Source: Candidatus Binatia bacterium
GTDB lineage: Bacteria; Desulfobacterota; Binatia; UBA9968; CAXXLF01
Reading direction: 5' to 3'
NCBI GenBank assembly: GCA_963664015.2
Contig: CAXXLF010000002.1
Location: 1,120,001 to 1,184,000 of the forward strand
Length of the DNA stretch: 64,000 bases
Every line of letters begins with the position of its first letter. Position 1 is the first letter of the stretch. Positions 21,151 through 31,366 of this stretch are shown piece after piece. The notes beneath the pieces are model-generated. The model was not told where the DNA came from and ran no database searches. It saw nothing but the letters and a program-made list of their open reading frames with translations. A program made the translations under genes and the position numbers.

Positions 21151-23472
21151 CTACTCTGTTCCGGGTTTCGATTGGGCCCGCTGAATGGCCGCCCAGAGCT
21201 TGGGCGCCGTATAGGGCATATCGATATCCCGTATCCCCAGCGGGGCCAGGGCGTCCAGGACCGCATTGGCAAGCGCGGCAGGTGCACCGTTGGTACCCGC
21301 CTCGCCAACTCCTTTGACTCCCAGCGGGTGAAAGGGATTGGGCGTCACCGTCTCACCGAGCAAGAGGGGCGGCATGTCGCTGGCCCGCAGCACCGGGTAA
21401 TTCATCAACGAACCGGTGAGGACCTCGCCGTCCTCACCAAAGATCATGTGCTCTCCGAGGACTTCACCAAGCCCCTGGGTCACACCGCCGTGGACCTGGC
21501 CTTCAACGATCATGGGGTTAATCAATACGCCGCAGTCATCGACAAGCACTAGCTTCTCGATTTTCAGTTCACCCGTCTCCCGATCAATCCGGACTACTGC
21601 TACATGAGCCCCGAACCCCCAGGCCTCACGCTTAGGGTCATAAAAGGCCGTTTCCTGAAGCCCCGACTCCATGCCCGCCGGGACCCTGCCGCTGTAGGCG
21701 GCACCGGCAATCTGACGCCACGAAAGATTTTTTTCCGGGACGCCCGCTACGGCGAAGCCTCCCTCGGTTTGAACGATATCACCAGGAGCCGCCTCCATGA
21801 TATGCCCCGCAATTAACTTGGCCTTTTCAACCACGCGTTCGACAGCAACGGTCATCGCGCCTCCACCCATAACCGCACTGCGGCTTCCGAATGTTCCTAC
21901 ACCTTGCTGCACTGCTAGTGTGTCCCCGTGTCGCACGGCTACCTGATCCATGGTAACTCCCAATTTCTCGGCCGCGACCTGGGCAAAGGCGGTTTCATGG
22001 CCCTGTCCATGGGCGCTCGAACCGGTAAGCACCGTGATGACTCCGCTCCGCTCCACTCGTACGGTCCCGCTCTCAAAGCCGGCGCCTCCACTGGGCTCGA
22101 CAAATGTCGAGATGCCAATCCCGATCAGTTCCCCCCGCTTTCTCGCCTCGCCTCGATAGCGAACGAGGCCTTTGTAGTCGGACAGTCGCAAGGCCTCGTC
22201 CAGGGACTTTTCATAATCACCCGAATCGTATTCCACATTCAGTCCCGTAAGGTAAGGGAACTGATCTGGCCGTATAAAGTTCTTGCGCCGGATCTCCAGG
22301 CGGTCAAGTCCCAATTCCACCGCCGCCATGTCGACCAGCCGTTCGATATTCTGGACCGACTCGGGCCTTCCGGCGCCCCGATAGGGTCCGGTGGGAACCG
22401 TATTCGTAAAAACAGCAACGACATCAACCTGGACGTTCTGAATTTGATAGCATCCGGGCGCCATGGCCATCATGCGCTGGGGCGGCCCCGCCGTGCTCGA
22501 GTGGAGATAGGCGCCGAGGTTGGCAACAACCCGCGTGCGCAAACCCAACATGGTGCCGTCCCGCTTGAGCGCGAGCTCCGAGGTCATGGCCTGGTCACGA
22601 CCCTGAATGGTCGTAACAAAGTCATCGCTGCGTGTGGCGATCCATTTGACCGGACGCCCTAACTGGAGGGCCAGGAAACAGACCAGCACATCCTCCCGGT
22701 AGAGTGGACCTTTACTGCCGAAGCCCCCTCCGACATCCGGCGCTATCATCCGGATCCTGTGTTCGGGGAACCCGAGGGCCTCCGCTAGGTCCGCACGCAC
22801 CCGGTGGGGCCCCTGGCACGAAGCCCATACGGTGAGTTCCTGACCCATGGCTTGCGGATTGGCCACAATCCCCCGCGGTTCGAGGGACATAGCAACGAGC
22901 CGAGGGCTCACGATGTGCATGCGACAGATATGGTCGGCCTCAGCGAAAGCCTTTTCTACATCGCCGCCCTTTTTGGTCACCGTGTAGCAGACGTTACTGT
23001 CCAGCTCCTCATGGGCCAGCGGCGCACCGGGCTTCAATGCCTCCTCGGCGTTCACGACCGCCGGCAGCGGGTCGTATTCCACCTCGATCGCACGCGCCGC
23101 ATCCTCCGCTAATGCACGGCTTTGAGCGACGACGGCTGCCACGGCAGTGCCCGCTGCGTGAACGGCTCCACGAGCCAGCACGGGGAATTTGGGCATCAGC
23201 ATGCCCCGCACCATAGGACGGGGCGGAATCCCCAGCTCACCGATGTCATCACCGGTCAAAACGGCTTCAACGCCCGGTAGATTCAGTGCGGTTGCCGTAT
23301 TAATCGAGGTGATCTTTGCGTGGGCGTATGGGCTACGCAGCAATGCCAGGTGAAGCATCCCAGGTAACTTGACATCGTCCACAAAACACCCGTGTCCCGT
23401 CAGCAGAACCGGATCTTCAACCCTTAAAACGGACGAACCGATCAAACCTCTATCATTGCTTTCCGATGTCAT
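21151..23472 (-). CDS. coxL: Xanthine dehydrogenase family Mo-binding subunit (form II CoxL-like)
   Basis: Motifs RSPYAHA, DVGGGFGSK, PYRGAGRPE, HGQGHET, GTFGSRS, KGVGEAG. Confidence 0.85.
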   Translation of the reverse strand: MTSESNDRGLIGSSVLRVEDPVLLTGHGCFVDDVKLPGMLHLALLRSPYAHAKITSINTATALNLPGVEAVLTGDDIGELGIPPRPMVRGMLMPKFPVLARGAVHAAGTAVAAVVAQSRALAEDAARAIEVEYDPLPAVVNAEEALKPGAPLAHEELDSNVCYTVTKKGGDVEKAFAEADHICRMHIVSPRLVAMSLEPRGIVANPQAMGQELTVWASCQGPHRVRADLAEALGFPEHRIRMIAPDVGGGFGSKGPLYREDVLVCFLALQLGRPVKWIATRSDDFVTTIQGRDQAMTSELALKRDGTMLGLRTRVVANLGAYLHSSTAGPPQRMMAMAPGCYQIQNVQVDVVAVFTNTVPTGPYRGAGRPESVQNIERLVDMAAVELGLDRLEIRRKNFIRPDQFPYLTGLNVEYDSGDYEKSLDEALRLSDYKGLVRYRGEARKRGELIGIGISTFVEPSGGAGFESGTVRVERSGVITVLTGSSAHGQGHETAFAQVAAEKLGVTMDQVAVRHGDTLAVQQGVGTFGSRSAVMGGGAMTVAVERVVEKAKLIAGHIMEAAPGDIVQTEGGFAVAGVPEKNLSWRQIAGAAYSGRVPAGMESGLQETAFYDPKREAWGFGAHVAVVRIDRETGELKIEKLVLVDDCGVLINPMIVEGQVHGGVTQGLGEVLGEHMIFGEDGEVLTGSLMNYPVLRASDMPPLLLGETVTPNPFHPLGVKGVGEAGTNGAPAALANAVLDALAPLGIRDIDMPYTAPKLWAAIQRAQSKPGTE

Positions 23473-23552
23473 TTCAATTCCTCAAGTTTTCATCTACCAC
23501 CAACACTTGATTCCGATTTCCTGAGACTTGTTCATTCAAAAAAGATCATCGA

Positions 23553-23718
23553 CACCCTGACTTCTGACCGCTGATCTCCAACCTCTGGCTTTTTGCTCTT
23601 TGCCCTATGCTCTTCGCCGTCTTCTTGCCTCTTATCATTTGCCTCTTTACTTTCGACTCCCCCGTTCCTCCATCCTCGATCTTCTATCCTCGTTTTAACT
23701 TTTTACCTTTTCCTTCTG
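23553..23718 (-). repeat. Modular purine-rich repeat, copy inside the cox operon
   Basis: Minus strand begins aaaaggtaaaaagttaaaacgaggatagaagatcgagg just after the coxM stop. Same anchor as at 43925, about 45420 and 46744. Confidence 0.75.
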
Positions 23719-24576
23719 TCACCCGATTGCCTTCTCAATCGCCCGCCGCACAAGGACCGAGGCCATTTTCCGCTTGTAATCGGCGCTGGCGTACACATCC
23801 CCGTCAGGATCGGACCCTTCGGCGGCTTTGGCTGCAGCAGCCGCGATCACCTCTGAAGCGAGGGTTTGTCTTTGCAGTGCGGCTTCCGTACCGGTGGCCC
23901 GAATGGGCCCGCTTCCCAAACCACCAACTACAACCCGGGCCAATTCGCAAACACCCGACGGCTGGCGTGTTATCACTACTCCCGCACTTACGACCACATA
24001 TCCGGTTGCCGGGTTTCCCAGCTTAACGTAGGCCGAGCCGGAACCGGAAGGCGGTAACGGTACACGAATCTCCGTTAGTATCTCGTTGGAGGCGAGTGCC
24101 GTGGTGTAGTAATCAACAAAGAAGTCTTGGCTCAAAACTTCGCGGCGGCCTGAGCGCGATACCAGTACGAATGATGCGTCGAGGGCGGCCAGAATAACGG
24201 GAAAGTCCGCGCCGGGATCCGCATGGGCCACGCTACCGCCAATGGTCCCGCGATTTCGCACCTGCATGTCCCCGATAAGCAAGGCTGCATCAGCGAGTGC
24301 CGGTATGTATTTACGAACGATTTCAGAGGCGGCCACATCGCTATGCAGCGTAAGCGCGCCAATGGCGAGAGTATTGCTATCGATCCTCGCTCCGCGCAGG
24401 CCTGAGATCTGACCCACGTCGATCAAGATGCGAGGTGAAGCCAATCTCAGCTTCATGGCCGGGATCAAGCTGTGACCGCCGGCCAGCAACTTGGCGTCCT
24501 CCCCATGCTGGGTAAGTAGATCTAGAGCCTCGTCGATGGAACGCGCAGCGTAATATCCAAAGCTAACTGGAAACAT
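23719..24576 (-). CDS. coxM: FAD-binding subunit (CoxM-like)
   Basis: Motifs [40 protein letters not shown]. Confidence 0.88.
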   Translation of the reverse strand: MFPVSFGYYAARSIDEALDLLTQHGEDAKLLAGGHSLIPAMKLRLASPRILIDVGQISGLRGARIDSNTLAIGALTLHSDVAASEIVRKYIPALADAALLIGDMQVRNRGTIGGSVAHADPGADFPVILAALDASFVLVSRSGRREVLSQDFFVDYYTTALASNEILTEIRVPLPPSGSGSAYVKLGNPATGYVVVSAGVVITRQPSGVCELARVVVGGLGSGPIRATGTEAALQRQTLASEVIAAAAAKAAEGSDPDGDVYASADYKRKMASVLVRRAIEKAIG

Positions 24577-25069
24577 GCTGGCTCCTCATCTTCTCTGCGG
24601 CCAACCGGATTGCCTCGACGATATTGACGTAACCGGTACAACGGCAGAGGTTCCCATCCAGTGCATGTCGGATTTCCTCTTCCGTTGGATTCGGATTGGT
24701 CTCGAGCAGATACTGGGCGACCATGACGACCCCAGGAGTACAGTAACCGCACTGAAGACCGTGCTTCTCGCGGAAGCTTTCCTGAAGCGGATTGAGCGTT
24801 TTTGCCGGTGCGAGGCCCTCGATAGTCGTCACCTCAGCCCCGTTGGCCTGGACTGCCAGGACAGTGCACGATTTGACCGCGCGGCCGTTCAGGTTAATCG
24901 TACAGGCACCGCATTGACTGGTATCGCATCCCACATGGGTACCTGTCAGGCCTAGATCCTCGCGCAGAAAATAAACCAGCAGAGTGCGCGGTTCGACCAC
25001 CGCGTCGTGTTTGACCCCATTGACGGTCACGTTTATGGAAACAGCCAGACTTTCAGCTTGTGCAGCCAT
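24563..25069 (-). CDS. coxS: 2Fe-2S subunit (CoxS-like)
   Basis: Motifs [31 protein letters not shown]. Confidence 0.92.
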   Translation of the reverse strand: MAAQAESLAVSINVTVNGVKHDAVVEPRTLLVYFLREDLGLTGTHVGCDTSQCGACTINLNGRAVKSCTVLAVQANGAEVTTIEGLAPAKTLNPLQESFREKHGLQCGYCTPGVVMVAQYLLETNPNPTEEEIRHALDGNLCRCTGYVNIVEAIRLAAEKMRSQHVSS

Positions 25070-25177
25070 CCTCGTCCTTCCTCCGGTATCAGTTATTCAG
25101 CCCAAATCTACGGCTCTATCTTTTTACACAGAGTTGGGGCGCTTCTCAATACCCGCGCTCAGGGACCGAAGAAACGG

Positions 25178-25206
25178 TTGACAGCGCTTCCCGCGCGCCC
25201 TACACT
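25178..25206 (+). promoter_or_regulatory. Sigma70-type promoter
   Basis: TTGACA-N17-TACACT, followed by an AAGGAGG RBS and ATG at 25232. Confidence 0.6.
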
Positions 25207-25231
25207 CCCGCACGATCAAGGAGGTGGTCCC

Positions 25232-25615
25232 ATGGCCAAGATCCGGCACCTTGCATACCGAGTGGCAGATGTTGAAAAGATGGCGGAAGTCTTTGTTAGC
25301 ACTCTAGACATGACCCTGACCTAGAGACGGAAGAACGGCGCCATTGACCTTTCCGACGGTTCAATCAATATCACCCTGCTACCCAAGCAGAAACCCGGCC
25401 CCAACGGAGAACCGGCTCATCAGGGAATCGACTATATTGGTTTCACCGTCGAGAATGATGATGATGCGGCACGCCGTATGGAAAAGGCGGGGGTAAAAGA
25501 GGCAGGGCTAATCGATCTAGGTGGCGCGGCCTATTTCGAGGCAAAGGACAAGGGCCCCGAAGACATCATCGTCGACATCGGCCACTGGATCGGAACAGAA
25601 CCTATCGAAAAGTAA
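25232..25615 (+). pseudogene. VOC/glyoxalase family protein with one in-frame TAG
   Basis: MAKIRHLAYRVADVEKMA...LT*(25322)RRKNGAIDLSDGSINITLL...GIDYIGFTVE...IIVDIGHW; TAA at 25613. Confidence 0.8.
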
Positions 25616-25660
25616 GCCGTCCCCGTTCCAACGACCGCATAATAGTGAAAATCGACCAGA

Positions 25661-26527
25661 TCAGGACACCCGTGCGATCGTACCAGCGCCCGATACCGGT
25701 CGAGGGGTTTTAAAGAGCTCGTTCAAACACCAACTGGCGACCTCACCCCCGGTAGCGAACCACACCCCTTCTGCCCGTTTCATGTGCTCGATAATACGCT
25801 GCAAGGTACTCGCCCTCCCCGGCCTTCCGGATATATAAGGATGGAACTGAAACGGGCAAAACATGGGCTGCCGTTTGGATTCTTCATAGAGCTCGTCAAA
25901 GAGCCCCTTCCAGATCACCAGCGTATCCTCCGGATTACCTGAATCCCTCTGTCCGTAACTGCGGCCGTCACCGAACGGCTGGCGCGGGAGTTCTACCAGG
26001 CGGCGCGGGCCGTCTTCCCACAGGAAGGGCAGGTCATGGGAAAAGGAGTTGCTATTCCAAAGGTAGCCATGCTTCATGAGGAGCTCCAGGCTGTTGGGGC
26101 TTTGCGTGCACGAACGCCAGCCCACGGGCCGTCCCCCCGAGTTGCGTTGGATGATGTCCGTCGTGCGCCGCATCACCTCTGTCTCCTCTTCTTCAGTCAG
26201 ATCACGCGCAACCTCGTGATGGTACCCGTGCCCGGCGACTTCATGGCCCTTCGCAACGATCGTCCTGACGGCTTCAGGATACCTCTCGGCGATCCCTCCG
26301 CAGGTTAAAAACGTTGCCTTTACCCCTTGCTCTTCAAGGATTCGAACGATCCTCCAGACCGCAGTGTTCGGTCCATACTCAGCCTGGGTGTACTCCTCGT
26401 GGTTGATCTTTCCATTGGCGAGGGGCTTAACATCTTCCCCTCCCTGAAAATCAAAGGTCAAGGCGACGGCAATCCGGGCATCGGACGGCCAGGAAAACCG
26501 GGCCTCAAGATGACGTTCCTTTAACAT
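25661..26527 (-). CDS. Polysaccharide deacetylase family protein (PuuE-like)
   Basis: Motifs FSWPSDARIAVALTFD, EYG, GHEVAGHGYHH, PVGWR, HPYISGRPGR. Confidence 0.88.
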   Translation of the reverse strand: MLKERHLEARFSWPSDARIAVALTFDFQGGEDVKPLANGKINHEEYTQAEYGPNTAVWRIVRILEEQGVKATFLTCGGIAERYPEAVRTIVAKGHEVAGHGYHHEVARDLTEEEETEVMRRTTDIIQRNSGGRPVGWRSCTQSPNSLELLMKHGYLWNSNSFSHDLPFLWEDGPRRLVELPRQPFGDGRSYGQRDSGNPEDTLVIWKGLFDELYEESKRQPMFCPFQFHPYISGRPGRASTLQRIIEHMKRAEGVWFATGGEVASWCLNELFKTPRPVSGAGTIARVS

Positions 26528-26574
26528 TGCCTAGTCCTCCGAAATCTCAGCGACCCAACCGAAGAAAGATAAAG

Positions 26575-27048
26575 CTACCCTTTCCATTCGTAGTTAAGAG
26601 CAGCAAAGTCGATGGTCATCTTTCCGCCCGCTTTTGACGACCGCGGTAGCTTGTCGGCGTCTTTCAGTCCCTCCGGGCAGTACAACTCCATGAGGTTCCC
26701 CGATGGATCACGGAAGTACATGAGAGCCTCGATTCCATGCCGGGTCCAGGGTTCATGGATTGGAACTCGGTGGGCCTTGAGGTTTTCTATAAACGGATAA
26801 AAGCTCTCCGGGTCCATGGTAAAGGCATTGTGGGGATACTCGGCATCGCGTCCCGTCCAGCCCTCCTCACGTTCCGCCAGACCTACGGTGGCCCCCCCCA
26901 GCGTGACTTCGGCAAAGCCCTTAGCCAGGTCTCGGACATTCTCTCCCCCCAGGACCTCCACATAGAAGCGTTTCGACTGCTCCAGATCCCGCACCGGAAT
27001 ACTCGTATGGTTGAAGTTTCCCAACTTCGGCTTGGTAGCACTGGACAT
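26575..27048 (-). CDS. VOC family protein
   Basis: Motifs NHTSIPVRDLEQSKRFY, PHNAF, MYFRDPSGNLMEL. GAGG RBS precedes ATG at 27048. Confidence 0.88.
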   Translation of the reverse strand: MSSATKPKLGNFNHTSIPVRDLEQSKRFYVEVLGGENVRDLAKGFAEVTLGGATVGLAEREEGWTGRDAEYPHNAFTMDPESFYPFIENLKAHRVPIHEPWTRHGIEALMYFRDPSGNLMELYCPEGLKDADKLPRSSKAGGKMTIDFAALNYEWKG

Positions 27049-27100
27049 GATCGTATCCTCCCTTTGCTTGATTTTAATCCGATTTGTCAAGAACGCAACG

Positions 27101-27523
27101 CTAGCGAACCAATGCGGGTTCGGTGGTCGCCTTTGATTCCCGCACCAAGGGTTCCGTTCGCCACCCGGCTTCAGAGAGATCAACGCGTACACCAATGGGA
27201 TCCCGGATGAACGCCTCGGCAAACCGGCCATCGCGCGGCGTACCCTCAGGCCCTTGAGTCGCGCCTGCTTCGACAGCCAATTTCGCCGTCTCTTCCTTGC
27301 TGTCTACTTGAAAGCCGAAATGGTCAAGCCCCTCGGGACGGCCCTCTCGAGCTGGTAAAATTGCCAGGTTCAGCTACCCATCGGAAAGGTACACCGCTTC
27401 TCGATCCTTCGTGCTGGCACTGGGGGGGCGAAACACGATCTTCATGCCGAAGATTTGGGTATAGAATTCCACCATCTTTGCCTGGTCTTTGGCAAAGAGT
27501 GCAATGTGGCGAATCTTGGCCAT
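27101..27523 (-). pseudogene. VOC family protein, broken
   Basis: MAKIRHIALFAKD...; frameshift at a C8 tract near 27425; VYLSDG*LNLAIL; GLDHFGFQVD; FAEAFIRDPIGVRVDLSE. Confidence 0.8.
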
Positions 27524-27690
27524 AATCTGCCTCCTTTCAAATTGGCCCCCTAGACATCCAGTCTGGGGGGAGATGAGGAATCCAACAATGTGACCCTAAG
27601 TTGTGCAGTCTGAGTTGTTCGAGCCGGGAGCGGCCCCAAAGTAAGGCAGATCCATGGATGTGTCAAGGGGAAGATGGTTCAAGTACTAGT

Positions 27691-28262
27691 CTAAATTTTG
27701 AGAGGTTGCTTTACCGTGGCACGGTAACTCCGGTAGGTCCCCCAAGTGAGCTGGACCAGTCCGTTCAACTCCGTGACATAGGCCTCGTAACGTTTTTTGT
27801 CGATCAGCTCCGGGGGTGCAGTTCGAGGCGGTCTTCATCCGTATTGAGGAAGAAGTGCTGGGAGAGAAATGTGTTCAGTTTCACGAGGGTGCGCAGAAGC
27901 CGGTCGAATGCCTGTCCCACCTCGTTGTCGAGAAACTGATTCCCCTGCCGATTAAACTCCTCGTAGAGTCTGGGTATCTGGGCGGCGTCCTTGCTTGGAC
28001 ACATTCGCTGCGCCAGATACTGATCCAGGAAGGACTCTAGAAATCCGTAGGAAATATATTCCTCCGACTTATTGAAGAACGCGGCATCGTGCTCAACGGA
28101 TCTCTCATCGGATAGCCATCGGCCAAGGGGCCTGCGGAAGAGGAAACAGACGATAAAAAAGCCGAAGAAGAAAAGCACCACGGCTCGCCAGAGGGCAACC
28201 GAATCCCAATAGGTCTGCAAGTCAGGGGCAAACTGATTCCAGATGTTATTTAAAATCTCCAT
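27691..28262 (-). pseudogene. Hypothetical membrane-anchored protein, probable 3' frameshift
   Basis: One N-terminal TM segment. ORF stops at 27804 just after a C-run, but a shifted frame continues ELIDKKRYEAYVTELNGL...KI* to 27691. Confidence 0.5.
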
Positions 28263-28383
28263 CTCGCAACTAAAATGTTGCCAAGAACCGAATTTTAAAG
28301 AAAGAAAAGGCTGGAAAAGATTTTGCAGCAACCATCCGAAAGACGATTATTTTTTTCTCTTGAGCCATGCTAGGTTGGAAAGT

Positions 28384-29547
28384 ATGGGAACGTATACACC
28401 TCCCTGCCCCCACTTCCCCAACTGTTTCGGCTGTTCTTTGATCGACCGGCCCTACCCCGTGCAATTACAGAGCAAACGGGACCGCCTCGTTAAAGCCCTG
28501 GCCGCCTATCCGGACCTGGCGCGTCTCGAGGTTCCCGCCGTCGTTGGCTCGCCCCGGCGTTTGGGTTACCGGGGAAGAGTCAAGCTCGCAGTCAGCCGGG
28601 CCAAAAGGGAAATCGTGACAGGTCTATATTTCCCCCAGAGCCATAGGGTCGTCGACATCTCTTCCTGCCCGGTCCACCCGAAACCGGTGAACCAGGCGGT
28701 TCAGGAATTGAAACGGCAGATGCCTCGGTTGGGAATCGAACCCTATAACGAAAGTGACGATAGCGGCCAGCTTCGCTATCTGGACTTCCGTTACAGCTTT
28801 TCACGGCGCGAGCTTGGAGTCACGTTAGTAACTCGCCACCCTGCCTTTCCTCAGGGGCCCGAGTTGAGCCGGGCACTGAGGCGGCGGTTTGCTTTCATCA
28901 ACGGAGTCATCCAGAACATCAACGAGGAACGTGGCAATGTTATTTGGGGAAAAGAATTTCGCTCCCTGGCGGGCCGGGATTCGATTTTGGAACAGATCGG
29001 ATTTTTAAAACTCAGGTTCCCCGCCGGCGTTTTTTCACAGGCAAATCCGCCCGTGGCCCGGCGACTCTATGAAGCGGTTGTCCAACTCGCGGGACTGACA
29101 GGGGAAGAGAGAGTCCTGGATCTTTACTGCGGGGTTGGGCCCCTTTCGCTCTATCTGGCGACGGCTGCGGCAACCGTCTGGGGCATTGATGAGTATTCCC
29201 TTTCCATTTCTACGGCCAAACAAAACGCACGCATGAACGGTTTTCACAACTGCCGGTTTTTTGTCGGGGATGCAGCAGAAAAGATCGCGGAGCTCAAAGA
29301 CAACCTGTCCGGGATCGACCTGCTCGTTTGCAACCCGCCGCGTAAAGGCATCCAATCCCAGGCCCTACAAGCCGTGCTCGCTGCCGGCGCGCCCAGGATC
29401 ATCTACGTCTCATGCGAACCCGTAACGTTGGCACGGGATCTGGATCGTTTTTCACAGGACGGGTACCGAACCACGACAATTCAGCCTTTCGACATGTTTC
29501 CACAGACCGAGGAGGTCGAGACGGTCGTGCTTTTAGAAAAACTCTAA
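28384..29547 (+). CDS. rlmD: 23S rRNA m5U methyltransferase (RlmD/TrmA family)
   Basis: CPHFPNCFGC Fe-S motif, GYR, FSQAN, LDLYCGVG, NPPRKG, IYVSCEP, DMFPQT. Confidence 0.88.
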   Translation: MGTYTPPCPHFPNCFGCSLIDRPYPVQLQSKRDRLVKALAAYPDLARLEVPAVVGSPRRLGYRGRVKLAVSRAKREIVTGLYFPQSHRVVDISSCPVHPKPVNQAVQELKRQMPRLGIEPYNESDDSGQLRYLDFRYSFSRRELGVTLVTRHPAFPQGPELSRALRRRFAFINGVIQNINEERGNVIWGKEFRSLAGRDSILEQIGFLKLRFPAGVFSQANPPVARRLYEAVVQLAGLTGEERVLDLYCGVGPLSLYLATAAATVWGIDEYSLSISTAKQNARMNGFHNCRFFVGDAAEKIAELKDNLSGIDLLVCNPPRKGIQSQALQAVLAAGAPRIIYVSCEPVTLARDLDRFSQDGYRTTTIQPFDMFPQTEEVETVVLLEKL

Positions 29548-29830
29548 AGCTGCACCTGCTCCGAACTCTCCCTACAGAACTAGGCACCATCGGTCCCGTC
29601 ATTCAGCAATCCTTCGTCTTCAACCCCAGGGTCTCCTCATAGACACTTTCCTGCGTGTCGCCCCGCTAGCTGATACTTCAAAACCCCGGCATGGAGCTTG
29701 CGTACTCTTCCCATCAATCGATGATGAACCGGTGTTGTGAGATGGCAGAGTAAAGTCTATTTAGGAACAATACCGAAGGATTCATGATTATTAAGAGCAC
29801 TCCACCCTACGCAGGGACCGAGGCTTTCAT

Positions 29831-30386
29831 ATGAACGGGCTTTTGGTCATAGCGAAGATTTTTCTCTTAGTGTCCTTAAATTGGTTATGTGTGGCTGGTA
29901 GCCACTGCCTTTAAAAGGAGGGTAGGGTCAGGGTGTGGCATTCTACTATTCTCACCTATTTCAGCGGTGATCTTTGGCCTCAAATATTGGCACCACGTTA
30001 AAAAGCCATTTCATATCTATATGAGCTCGTTCACTGTCGCCTTCGGAATCGCCTTTATCGTTTTTACCTCCTACGGCGCTTTGGAAATGCTTGGTGCCGG
30101 GAAACAAATCGCCATGGGCATCTCTCAGGGGAATCTATCCGAAGAAGATGCCATGAAGTTTATGAACAAGGGCATAGATGTCACAGAGAACGCGTCTTCA
30201 GATCCAGAAGAAAAGAAGAAAGCGGCCCTGATGCGCCGGATGATGGTAGTGATGAAATCCAAGGAATCCCAAACCTCCCTTTCGTGCAAGCTCCCTCGAA
30301 ACAACAGTTCTCTATTTCATCACCCTTCCCAGTTAGTTGACGATCTCGGTGCGTGTTTCCACCCACTCTTCCTTAATAATTCATAG
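29831..30386 (+). pseudogene. Hypothetical membrane protein fragment
   Basis: Hydrophobic ORF. The ATG at 29831 is out of frame with the 29889 ORF and the tail looks non-native. Confidence 0.4.
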
Positions 30387-30481
30387 GAAAATCCGGGGGT
30401 GAGTCAAGGGGAGTGAAGTTAGAAGAAGGAAGGAAAAGGGAAGCGGCCCGAGACGGGCCGCTCGATGACAAAGGATCTTGA

Positions 30482-30871
30482 TCAGGCCTGCCCCATAGGC
30501 ACGCCGTCGAGATCCATACTAGGCCCGGTAGAGTAAAGCTCGTCGAACACTTCTTCCGGTTCGGCCGGTTTTACTTTAATCTGGTCTTTATCGATATGGA
30601 CGCGAAACGAGATGAGCGGCCTTAGCGCCTCTAGCCCCAGGTAAGTCCTCGCCGGCAGATAGAAGGCGGAGGCATCTGAAGAACAGGTACTCAACGTTCC
30701 CCGGAACTCGCACTCGGACAGTGCGTTGCCGCAGCCGGTACAGTGCCCCTCGACAGCAAAGTATGCCCCCCAGGAGTTGAAAACCGCAATTAAAACCCCG
30801 TTGTGGCGAAAGAGTTTTCCTTTTCCCGGTTCAATCTCACCCACATCGGCAATCTTTATGAAATCCTCCAT
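30482..30871 (-). CDS. Rieske-fold ferredoxin/NirD-like protein with non-canonical ligands
   Basis: FIKIADVGEIEPGKGK, IAVFN..GAYFAV. Ligand boxes read CTGC and CSSD instead of CxH and CxxH. GAGGAG RBS. Confidence 0.7.
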   Translation of the reverse strand: MEDFIKIADVGEIEPGKGKLFRHNGVLIAVFNSWGAYFAVEGHCTGCGNALSECEFRGTLSTCSSDASAFYLPARTYLGLEALRPLISFRVHIDKDQIKVKPAEPEEVFDELYSTGPSMDLDGVPMGQA

Positions 30872-30903
30872 CTTGACTCCTCTCTTATTGTCCTGAAAAC
30901 CCA

Positions 30904-30945
30904 ACAAAAAAGCGCCGCCATCTTCCGATGGGAGCGCCTTGCTCT
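30904..30945 (-). terminator. Leader terminator (attenuator-like) upstream of the Rieske-fold gene
   Basis: GGCGCTCCCATC-GGAA-GATGGCGGCGCT followed by TTTTTGTT; overlapped by a small hairpin GAGC-AAGGC-GCTC. Confidence 0.65.
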
Positions 30946-31366
30946 TTTCCACTCTTGAGAAGCTTCCCGGTCGTTAAGGATCTTATTACCTAGCAGTTAA
31001 TGTGTCGGCTGCGCGTCGTATTGTTCCTTTTTTTACAGTAAATACCATGCCAAATGGATTAGTGCGGAAAAATAAGGCTTTGCGAGGGGGGACTGTACGA
31101 ATTCGCCCAGGAACCATCTTTGGCGTGATCAATCTTCGTTAAGACCCAAGTCAGCGTTCGTCACCTCTTTCTAATTTAGCGAAATAGTTTTTTTGACCCG
31201 GGTTTCTGACAGAGCGAGTTTCAGCGGATTGCGAAATGCAGTGTCAACCGACTATCTCAGATTTACCCAGTAGAAAGGAACGAAGTCTAAACTGAGGTGG
31301 AGTATCCGATACCGGATTCGAAGGATAACTGAGAGTTGGAAGTCTCGCCCCACGGCTGCAGTACTC

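Noticed and set aside
21151-23472. Bona fide form I aerobic CO dehydrogenase
   Set aside because: Lacks the AYxCSFR motif.
28384-29547. RlmD lacking the N-terminal TRAM domain as a novelty
   Set aside because: TRAM-less members (RlmC/TrmA-like) are already known in this family. It only lowers confidence in the exact target base.
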